Assembly: GCA_026992315.1 (NCBI GenBank)
Contig: JALXAG010000139.1
Coordinates: 1 to 57,270 of the forward strand
Source: Sneathiellales bacterium
Lineage (GTDB): Bacteria; Pseudomonadota; Alphaproteobacteria; Minwuiales; Minwuiaceae
Direction: 5' to 3'
DNA length: 57,270 nucleotides
Below, one piece after another: positions 50,141 through 57,270 of this stretch. Positions within the stretch are counted from its first letter, which is position 1. Each line of letters opens with the position of its first letter. Position numbers and translations under genes: made by a program. A model generated the notes under the pieces. It was not told the DNA's origin, did not search any database, and saw only the letters and a program-made list of their open reading frames with translations.

Positions 50141-50704
50141 TCAGGGGCGCTGCACGATCCACTCGACCCGCGCCGCCCATTCGGCCTGCAGGTCGTAATA
50201 GGCGGCCTCTTCCGTCAGAACCGTATACAGCCCCGGCGCGCTACCCTTCAGCAGATGGCCGAACAGAATCTGTCCGTCGCGCGTTTTGACCGCCACCTGT
50301 TTTTCCAGCCCTTCCCGGGGATGATCGAGGCGGCGGCAGATGATCGCCTGTTTTTTTGGCGGACGGCAGGCATCGTCGATGATCGCCATCAGACGTGAAT
50401 CGGCCAGATCGATGCGCAGGCTGCGGCAGTTCAGACCGTCGGGGCGAACGATGCCTCCGTGCAGTTCCCCCAGCAGCGGCAGGGTGTTGGGGCAGCTGTC
50501 TTCTTCAATGAGGGCAAGAGGCGGAACATCCAGCGCCCTGGCAATGCGCATCTGCACATCCGGCATCAGTCTGCGGTGGCCGTTTTCGATACGTGACAAG
50601 TGCTGAACGGAGAGACCGGTTCTCGCTGCCAGATCCGCGAGTTTGAGATGTTGCTGCTTGCGGATCGCGCGGATCCGGTTTGTCGTCTTTTTTGCTTCGG
50701 CCAT
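50141..50704 (-). CDS. XRE-family HTH / S24 (LexA/CI-like) C-terminal domain repressor
   Basis: From internal Met 38: MAEAKKTTNRIRAIRKQQHLKLADLAARTGLSVQHLSRIENGHRRL.. (XRE HTH), then a C-terminal beta-rich domain of CI/LexA size. I could not identify the catalytic Ser/Lys with certainty. Confidence 0.75.
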   Translation of the reverse strand: MAEAKKTTNRIRAIRKQQHLKLADLAARTGLSVQHLSRIENGHRRLMPDVQMRIARALDVPPLALIEEDSCPNTLPLLGELHGGIVRPDGLNCRSLRIDLADSRLMAIIDDACRPPKKQAIICRRLDHPREGLEKQVAVKTRDGQILFGHLLKGSAPGLYTVLTEEAAYYDLQAEWAARVEWIVQRP

Positions 50705-50836
50705 GCCGACATACCTGTCCTGTTGTTGTTTTCTTTCTGAAAAGTTCCGGCCGGATGGCGGAAACCCATGGCCGGACGACATTTCTTCCCTGCGGGAAAT
50801 TATCACAACAGGCACATATGAGGCAGTATTTGCCCC

Positions 50837-50898
50837 AAAAATATCCCATCAGGTAAAAATGAGTTTAAAAATATCCTATAAGGCGATATAAATATGCC
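50837..50898. repeat. iterated AAAAATATCC(C/T)AT motifs (50837, 50867; degenerate third copy TAAATATGCC at 50889) upstream of the CI-like repressor gene; candidate operators
   Basis: Read directly. The first two copies are exactly 30 bp apart, in the AT-richest stretch of the region. Confidence 0.35.
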
Positions 50899-51331
50899 GA
50901 AAGAAAGATTCGAGGAGGTGGATTTGCCTGATGGGTAAAAAATTATGGTGGTCATATATGCCTGGGCGGCGGGATTTGAGCAAACGGGGTGGCGGGGTGC
51001 AGAATCACTTCCTTTCCTGCGCGGAAACGGCTGATCATCCGGAGCCTGGTTTCCCTGCAGATGTTTTTCGGAGAGGGATGCGGAAACGACAGGGGAAGAT
51101 CAGGTATTCCGCGGGGAATGATGAATGGCACGGTTGATGCGGTTTCAGGGCCGCTTTCGGGCAGTCGCAGCAGCCATGCCAGCAGGGTTTCGCGATGGCC
51201 ACAGCCATGTCGGTCGCATGCCGTGCGGTTCGGGAATATGACGATGACCGGCAGGGAAGGGTTGCCGACCGGTATCGGAGGAAATGGCGAAGATATCCGC
51301 AACATTGATTTTCTGGGGGAGAACAAGGCGT

Positions 51332-52048
51332 ATGAGCAAAAATCGGTGGGAAACGGGCCGTTCGGGGGAAGGGAAACATCTGAAGAGGGGCAAGCGTGCC
51401 GGGGCGTCCGTTCAGCCGCCACGATACAGGGATACGGGCAGCGGTGCATTGTTTCCTTTTTCACCGTTGGATGAGGGGCCACAGGCCCCGAAGGAACCCC
51501 CGTCTGTAACAGGTGGGCAATTTGCGCGCGAAGGCGATCCCCGCCGCCTGGTGGAAATGGATCGGCAGGGACGTGTCCGCAATCTGGGTGAGCCGCTCGA
51601 TTGGTATTGCCGGCGCCGTCCGGCGCTGTTTCCTGCATGTCTGTACGGGGCCGGGGACTGGTTGCGCGGTGTCTACGAGCAGGCAATGAGCGCTTCCTTG
51701 TCGATGGCAAAGGTGGATCCGGGGCATTCCGTTACAGGCAAACCGGGAGTGGGTTCGCACGCTATGGCTCCGGCGGAACGGGCGGCGGACCGTATGCGTG
51801 CCCTGCGCCGGGCATTGGCAGCGGTCGGCGGGCCGGATCTCGATGAAGTCCTGTTGCGGGTGGTTTGCGAAGCCATGCCCATGGCCGATTTCGAAAGAAT
51901 GAAAGGCTGGCGGGCCGGTGCCGGGCAATGGATCCTGCGTATCGCCCTGTATCGCCTGGCCCTGCATCGGGGCACGATCACGGCCACGGGGCTGCCACGC
52001 TGGACGGTGCCTCGGACTCCTGCCAATGAAAACGATTCCGGAAGCTGA
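51332..52048 (+). CDS. hypothetical protein (C-terminal part reminiscent of DUF6456-type helix-turn-helix proteins of alphaproteobacterial mobile elements)
   Basis: In-frame ATG of the 51284..52048 ORF. High-GC codon pattern. ..RMRALRRALAAVGGPDLDEVLLRVVCEAMPMADFERMKGWRAGAGQWILRIALYRLALH... The family assignment is from memory only. Confidence 0.4.
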   Translation: MSKNRWETGRSGEGKHLKRGKRAGASVQPPRYRDTGSGALFPFSPLDEGPQAPKEPPSVTGGQFAREGDPRRLVEMDRQGRVRNLGEPLDWYCRRRPALFPACLYGAGDWLRGVYEQAMSASLSMAKVDPGHSVTGKPGVGSHAMAPAERAADRMRALRRALAAVGGPDLDEVLLRVVCEAMPMADFERMKGWRAGAGQWILRIALYRLALHRGTITATGLPRWTVPRTPANENDSGS

Positions 52049-52213
52049 GGATCGGGGAAATGGGTTTTCAGAAAAACAGTCTTGAGTTGAAAAATGGAAA
52101 TATTTTCATAGCGTAACAATTTCGTAACCGGGACCGGGGAAAATGGCGCCCTCCAGTTGCTGCTGGATGACAAAAAAGGCTTTGAATGCCTGAATGTTAC
52201 GAGGAGTGTTTCT

Positions 52214-52747
52214 ATGTCCGCCAGTGCCCTGACTGGGGTGGAACGCCATTTTTCCGCTGATGACGTCATCGTATCGAAGACCGACCTCAAGGGACGTATT
52301 ACCTATGCCAACCGCATTTTTCTGGAGATCTCCGGCTATGACGAAGAGGAAGTTCTCGGTCAGCCGCATTCGCTGATCCGTCATCCGCACATGCCCCGGG
52401 CGGTTTTCGCCCTGTTGTGGGATTATCTTCATGCCGGCCGGGAAATATTCGCCTATGTGCTCAACCGGGCCAAAGGCGGTGATCACTACTGGGTGCTGGC
52501 ACATGTAACGCCGAGCCATGATCCCGCAGGCAATGTCGTCGGTTATCATTCCAATCGCCGCGTCGGGGTCCCTGCCGTTATCAGGGGCACGATCGAACCG
52601 CTTTACGCCCGGTTGCTGGAAGAAGAGGCCCGCCACCATAACCGCAAGGAGGGGCTTCAGGCTTCATCGAAGCTTTTGTCCGCCATCCTCAAGCAGGCCG
52701 GGGAAAGCTATGACAGCTTTATCGGCAAGCTGTTGTTGCAAGGATAG
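52214..52747 (+). CDS. stand-alone Aer-type PAS domain protein
   Basis: ATG 52214 preceded by GAGGAG. ..IVSKTDLKGRITYANRIFLEISGYDEEEVLGQPHSLIRHPHMPRAVFALLWDYL..NRAKGGDHYWVLAHVTP.. is, as recalled, collinear with the E. coli Aer N-terminal (FAD-type) PAS domain. Confidence 0.85.
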   Translation: MSASALTGVERHFSADDVIVSKTDLKGRITYANRIFLEISGYDEEEVLGQPHSLIRHPHMPRAVFALLWDYLHAGREIFAYVLNRAKGGDHYWVLAHVTPSHDPAGNVVGYHSNRRVGVPAVIRGTIEPLYARLLEEEARHHNRKEGLQASSKLLSAILKQAGESYDSFIGKLLLQG

Positions 52748-52757
52748 GAGCAAGGGG

Positions 52758-54071
52758 ATGTTCGGGATAAAGCCTGCGGGGCGGAAAAATATCGGTGCCG
52801 GGGAGGTGCTGGCGGCGATCGAAGTGGCGCTGTTCGGCGACGATGCAGCTCAAAATGGTAAGGGGTCCCTTGCGGAACGGCTGGATAGTCTGTGCGCGGC
52901 CATTCGCAGCCATCGCCGCCGCCATGACGAAAGGCGCCGGACGCTGGAACGGATTACCGGGGTTTGCAGGCAGGTGTCGGGTGGAGATTTCGAGGCACGG
53001 CTGATTCATATAGGCAGCCTGCCGCCGGAAGAAAGGGCTGCCTGCGATGCGGTCAACGATCTGATCGACCGCACCGATGCCTTTATGCGCGAGGCGACGG
53101 CATCGCTGGATGCTATCAGCCATTGCCGCTATGACAGGCTGATGGTCGAAACGGGCATGCAGGGCCTCTATAGGGAGGCGGCGCGTAAAATCAATACCGC
53201 GACCCAGGTCGTGGCAGAGCGCGTGACCCGTTTCGCCGATGTGATCGACGGTTTCAGAAAAGAGGTATCCTCCGCACTGGGCGCCATAGATGCCGCCGGA
53301 ACCCGGCTGGAGCAGGCCTCGTCCGGCATGACTGAGACGGCGGCGCAGGCCCGGAGTCGGGCGGATAACGTTTCGGATGTTTTCACCAACCAGGTGGAGA
53401 TGGTTTCCATTGTCGCCGATGCGACGCAGGAGTTGTCCTCCTCGATTGCCGTATTGGGTGAGTCGGTACAGAAGGCTACGGGTATTGCCGGCGAAGCGGT
53501 GCGCGAGACCGCCCAGACAGAGGCCGAAATCTCCCGCCTGAGCGAAGCTTCCGAAACGATAGGCGATGTTCTGGAACTGATAAACGATATTGCTGAGCAG
53601 ACCAATCTTCTGGCACTGAACGCCACCATCGAGGCGGCCCGTGCCGGAGAAGCCGGCAAGGGTTTTGCCGTTGTTGCCCAGGAAGTGAAGAATCTGGCCG
53701 GGCAGACAGCGCGGGCGACGGAGGATATCGCCCGCCAGATCGACGGCATGCGCCAGGTGACCAATGCCGTGGTCGCGGCGATGGAACGTATTGGTGGTTC
53801 GGTCCGCAATGTCGATGAAATTGCCATGACCATGGCGGCGGCGGTAACTCAGCAAAGCGATGCCACCGATGAGATCGCCGGCAGTGCCCGCAAGGCTTTG
53901 CAGGAAATCAGGATTGTGGAACAGGATCTGGGCACCGTCAGCAGCATGGCCGGGCATGGGGCCGAAATGGCGGTGACGGTTCATGAGGCGGCCACGAATG
54001 TCCGTCGGGAGGCGGGCAATATCCGCGAACTGATATCCGGTTTCCTCGATGAAGCCGGCAAGGTGGCCTGA
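52758..54071 (+). CDS. methyl-accepting chemotaxis protein, cytoplasmic (no TM segment seen)
   Basis: ATG 52758, 10 nt after the PAS gene stop. Highly conserved hairpin tip ..EQTNLLALNATIEAARAGEAGKGFAVVAQEVKNLA... The N-terminal 150 aa are hydrophilic, with ..GDFEARL.. HAMP-like remnants. Confidence 0.9.
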   Translation: MFGIKPAGRKNIGAGEVLAAIEVALFGDDAAQNGKGSLAERLDSLCAAIRSHRRRHDERRRTLERITGVCRQVSGGDFEARLIHIGSLPPEERAACDAVNDLIDRTDAFMREATASLDAISHCRYDRLMVETGMQGLYREAARKINTATQVVAERVTRFADVIDGFRKEVSSALGAIDAAGTRLEQASSGMTETAAQARSRADNVSDVFTNQVEMVSIVADATQELSSSIAVLGESVQKATGIAGEAVRETAQTEAEISRLSEASETIGDVLELINDIAEQTNLLALNATIEAARAGEAGKGFAVVAQEVKNLAGQTARATEDIARQIDGMRQVTNAVVAAMERIGGSVRNVDEIAMTMAAAVTQQSDATDEIAGSARKALQEIRIVEQDLGTVSSMAGHGAEMAVTVHEAATNVRREAGNIRELISGFLDEAGKVA

Positions 54072-54256
54072 AAGCCACCTTCTGCCCCCATTCCTGAGCG
54101 CATATTGAAAAATGCTCCTTGCCGCCAAATTTATCTTTCCAGCCTGTCGTGGCAGGGCATGGAGGGTGTCTTCATGCAGACTTTGCCGTGACGATCCTAT
54201 AAGCTGCGGCTTATCAGCGGTTGCTGCAGGCGTTTGGGGGCAGAGAGAGACCGGTC

Positions 54257-56077
54257 ATGGAAAAGAAAACACAGATTAACATCTGGTACGTCATCATTGC
54301 CGTTTTCGGCATCTTGTTCATTCAGGATCTGTGGCAGCAAGCCCAGAAAATCGAGATCATTCCCTATAGCGATTTTCTCAATCTTGTGCGTGACGGCAAG
54401 GTTTCGGAAATCGTCGTTACCGAAAAACAGGTTCGCGGCCTCCTCAAGGAGCCCGATGAGAAAGGCAAAACGGCCTTTGCGACCGTTCGTGTCGATAACG
54501 AACTGATGCGCGAGGTCGAGAAATACAACATCAAGGTCACCGGGGCGACGGAGAATACATTTATCCGCGACCTGCTTTCCTGGATTCTGCCGGCAGTCGT
54601 TTTTTTCGGCATCTGGATGTTCCTGATCCGCCGTATCGCCGACAAGCAGGGGCTGGGCGGCGGCATGCTGGCCATCGGCAAGAGCAAGGCCAAGGTTTAT
54701 ATGGAAAGCAATACCGGCGTCACCTTCGACGATGTCGCCGGTGTCGACGAGGCCAAGGTGGAGCTGAAGGAGATCGTCGATTTCCTGAAGGATCCCAAAA
54801 GCTATGGCCGCCTGGGCGCCCATATCCCCAAGGGCGTTCTTCTGGTCGGGCCACCCGGTACCGGCAAGACGCTGCTGGCCCGTGCCGTCGCAGGCGAGGC
54901 GGGGGTTCCCTTCTTTTCCATCAGCGGTTCGGAATTCGTCGAGATGTTCGTCGGCGTCGGGGCCGCCCGTGTCCGCGATCTGTTCGAGCAGGCGCGCAAG
55001 CTGGCCCCGTGCATTATCTTTATCGATGAACTGGATGCGCTGGGCCGGGCCCGCGGCGCCTTTCCGGGCCTTGGCGGCCATGACGAGAAGGAGCAGACCC
55101 TCAACCAGCTTCTGGTCGAGATGGACGGCTTCGATCCGGCCAAGGAGGGCATGGTGCTGCTGGCGGCGACCAACCGGCCGGAAATTCTCGACCCGGCGCT
55201 GCTGCGCGCCGGACGTTTCGACCGGCAGGTACTGGTCGACCGGCCCGACCGGGCCGGGCGTGTCGCCATCCTCAAGGTGCATCTGAAGAAGATCCGCCTG
55301 GCCGAAGACGTCGATCCCGAACGCATTGCCGGGCTGACCACCGGCTTTACCGGTGCCGATCTGGCCAATCTGGTCAACGAGGCGGCCTTGCTGGCCACCC
55401 GGCGCAAGGCCGATGCCGTCTCCATGCAGGATTTCACCGAGGCGGTGGAGCGCATCATTGCCGGGCTGGAGAAGAAGAACCGCGTTCTCAACAAGGAAGA
55501 ACGGCGTATCGTCGCCCATCATGAAATGGGCCATGCCCTGGTGGCCCGCGCCCTGCCGACCACCGATCCGGTGGAGAAGGTCTCGATCATTCCCCGCGGC
55601 ATCGGGGCGCTGGGCTATACCATCCAGCGGCCGACGGAGGATCGTTTTCTGATGTCCCGCCAGGAACTGGAAGACCGCATGGCGGTGATGATGGGCGGGC
55701 GGGCCGCGGAGCTGGTCGTGTTCGGCCATGCCTCGACCGGGGCGGCGGACGATATTTCCAAGGCAACGGAAATGGCGCGTTCCATCGTCATGCGTTATGG
55801 CCTCGATGAATCCCTGGGGCCGGTGGCCTATGAGACCGAGCCTTCCCCCTTCCTGCAGGGCCCCCAGCAGATGATGGCTGCGGAGCGGCGCCTTTTTTCC
55901 GATCAGACCGGCCGGGAAATCGACTGTGCCGTGCGCAAGCTTGTGTCCGCGGCGCTGGAACGGGCGCAACAGATCCTGCAGGCGCATCGCGATGCGCTGG
56001 AAGAAGGGGCCGCAAGGCTGCTGGAGAAGGAAACCCTGACCGGGGACGAACTGCCAGACATCAAGGCAGCGGCATGA
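54257..56077 (+). CDS. ftsH: ATP-dependent zinc metalloprotease FtsH
   Basis: 606 aa from ATG 54257. Two TM segments, Walker A GPPGTGKT, Walker [13 protein letters not shown] ..[20 protein letters not shown].. and zinc site HEMGHAL. Confidence 0.95.
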   Translation: MEKKTQINIWYVIIAVFGILFIQDLWQQAQKIEIIPYSDFLNLVRDGKVSEIVVTEKQVRGLLKEPDEKGKTAFATVRVDNELMREVEKYNIKVTGATENTFIRDLLSWILPAVVFFGIWMFLIRRIADKQGLGGGMLAIGKSKAKVYMESNTGVTFDDVAGVDEAKVELKEIVDFLKDPKSYGRLGAHIPKGVLLVGPPGTGKTLLARAVAGEAGVPFFSISGSEFVEMFVGVGAARVRDLFEQARKLAPCIIFIDELDALGRARGAFPGLGGHDEKEQTLNQLLVEMDGFDPAKEGMVLLAATNRPEILDPALLRAGRFDRQVLVDRPDRAGRVAILKVHLKKIRLAEDVDPERIAGLTTGFTGADLANLVNEAALLATRRKADAVSMQDFTEAVERIIAGLEKKNRVLNKEERRIVAHHEMGHALVARALPTTDPVEKVSIIPRGIGALGYTIQRPTEDRFLMSRQELEDRMAVMMGGRAAELVVFGHASTGAADDISKATEMARSIVMRYGLDESLGPVAYETEPSPFLQGPQQMMAAERRLFSDQTGREIDCAVRKLVSAALERAQQILQAHRDALEEGAARLLEKETLTGDELPDIKAAA

Positions 56078-56365
56078 ATGAAATGCGCCGTTGTTTCCCC
56101 GCATGGCGCCGATTCATCAAGGGCCATGCGGGGAAGATGGTGTCCACCTTCGGCGGCCGCGCTTGAAATATTCAAAACTTCTTATATATTTTCACACAAA
56201 GCTTGTGGTAAAATGACGGCGGTGGGTGCATTTCCGGCCATGTGATTCGGCCTGGTGTACAGGCGGCGGCCGGCATGGCAGGCTCAAAACGTATAAAAAT
56301 CAATAATGACCGGTCCCGCAAAAGCGGCTGAACGACCGGTTCGCAGAGGAGAGGGAGTTTACCCG

Positions 56366-57270
56366 ATGGAGGTACGCAAGATTTCGCCGTTCATATCCGT
56401 TTCGCCGCAATTGCAGGTGCAGGATATCGGCGTTGCCGCATCCCAGGGCTTCAAGGTCATCATCAACAATCGCCCCGATGGGGAGGAAGACGGTCAGCCC
56501 TCTTCCGATGAACTGAAGGCCGCGGCACAGGCCAATGGTCTGGAATATATCCATATCCCCGTTATTCCCGGCAAGGTCACGGACAAGGATGTGGAGGCCT
56601 TTTCCAAGGCGCTTGACAGCGTGAGAGGGCCTGTTCTGGCCTTCTGCCGCACGGGAACGCGATCCAGTACCCTGTGGGCGCTGTCGGTGGCGCCGCGACT
56701 GGATACGGATGCCATTCTGCAGACGACGGCCGAAGCCGGATATGACCTTTCCGCCTTGCGCCCGAAGATCGAAGCCCGCGCCGCTGCCGCATCGGCCAAT
56801 GCGCCGGCGGCAAAAAAGAAAGCTGCGGGCGAAGGCGCGACGGCGGGCAAGCGCCATCAGGTGGTGATCGTCGGCGGCGGCGCGGGCGGCATCTCGGTGG
56901 CCTCCAGCATGTTGCGGCGCCAGCCCGGCCTTGACATCGTCATCATCGAACCTCGTGACAAGCATTATTATCAGCCGGGCTGGACCCTGGTCGGCGGCGG
57001 GGTTTTCGACCGCGCCCAGACGGAAAAGCCGATGTCCGCCGTCATTCCCGACGGGGTGCGGTGGATTCGCGCCGCCGCTGCCGGTTTTGCGCCGGAAACC
57101 AATGAAGTGATCCTGGAGGATGGAGAACGCATCGGCTATCGGGTGCTGGTGGTCGCTCCGGGGCTGAAGCTGAACTGGGAGGGGGTCGAAGGACTGAAGG
57201 AAACGCTGGGCAAGAACGGTGTTACCTCCAATTACCTGTTCGACCTTGCTCCTTATACCTGGGAACTGGT
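56366..57270 (+). CDS. DUF442 (TIGR01244, PTP-like/sulfur-transfer) domain fused to a sulfide:quinone oxidoreductase-type FAD oxidoreductase (3' end beyond the window)
   Basis: Not in the ORF track because it is open at the edge. ATG 56366 is preceded by GAGGAGAGGGAG. MEVRKISPFISVSPQLQVQDIGVAASQGFKVIINNRPDGE..FCRTGTRSSTLW.., then an Ala/Lys linker, then ..HQVVIVGGGAGGISVAS..HYYQPGWTLVGGG... Confidence 0.8.
   Translation, partial: MEVRKISPFISVSPQLQVQDIGVAASQGFKVIINNRPDGEEDGQPSSDELKAAAQANGLEYIHIPVIPGKVTDKDVEAFSKALDSVRGPVLAFCRTGTRSSTLWALSVAPRLDTDAILQTTAEAGYDLSALRPKIEARAAAASANAPAAKKKAAGEGATAGKRHQVVIVGGGAGGISVASSMLRRQPGLDIVIIEPRDKHYYQPGWTLVGGGVFDRAQTEKPMSAVIPDGVRWIRAAAAGFAPETNEVILEDGERIGYRVLVVAPGLKLNWEGVEGLKETLGKNGVTSNYLFDLAPYTWEL

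Noticed and set aside
50931-51137. 68-aa ORF divergent from the CI-like repressor, considered as a Cro-like partner
   Set aside because: No HTH-like segment and odd composition. The GAGGAGG upstream is 12 nt from the ATG and is directly followed by a 6-codon dead-end GTG ORF. Not supportable as a gene.
50141-52100. Calling this stretch a prophage, ICE or other mobile_element feature
   Set aside because: No integrase, transposase, flanking direct repeats, tRNA target or structural genes are visible. Only a repressor-like gene and a hypothetical gene are present. It is kept as a finding, not as a mobile-element annotation.

Overview
GC-rich, gene-dense chromosomal segment. By gene content it looks alphaproteobacterial (PAS_5/DUF1457-type proteins, liv-type ABC plus acyl-CoA ligase cluster); this is an inference. 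About 50 protein genes are called. I recognised no rRNA, tRNA, CRISPR array, transposase or integrase. Left to right: (1) gamma-glutamyl-polyamine catabolism genes (aldehyde dehydrogenase fragment, GS-like PuuA/PauA type, Lrp regulator, PuuB-like oxidase), interrupted by an LctP-family permease. (2) GDP-L-fucose synthesis (manC divergent from gmd-fcl), with thiE translationally coupled to fcl. (3) Housekeeping genes (APH-like kinase, purD, xseA, M23 peptidase, class-III aminotransferase, lipase-like hydrolase, fatty-acyl-CoA ligase). (4) Two tandem PAS_5 paralogs. (5) A GST-MBL hydrolase operon preceded by a leader terminator. (6) A livHMGF-like ABC importer with an embedded acyl-CoA synthetase and a binding protein. 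(7) An ArsR/ArsP-like pair. (8) An orphan TPR + DUF560 (Slam-like) outer-membrane protein. (9) A DUF962/Mpo1-like gene divergent from a MerR (LiuR-like) regulator, followed by a double beta-oxidation cluster (thiolase, FadN-type HADH-ECH and 596-aa ACAD, then 380-aa ACAD, thiolase and FadB-type ECH-HADH). (10) An orphan FlgC-like rod protein. (11) The best candidate for an undescribed system: a tight minus-strand operon, 43.9-48.7 kb, of two stand-alone YrdC/Sua5-fold proteins bracketing a haem-oxygenase-like (PqqC/TenA) protein, an amidohydrolase_2 protein and an MFS transporter. It is divergent from a TetR gene that has a perfect palindromic operator and is followed by a PaaI thioesterase. 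(12) A CI-like XRE-S24 repressor next to a low-coding, AT-richer stretch and a hypothetical gene. (13) A bipartite Aer-type PAS protein plus soluble MCP. (14) An FtsH gene and the 5' part of a DUF442-SQR fusion gene. All functional calls come from reading the translations and recalling family motifs; no database search was run.
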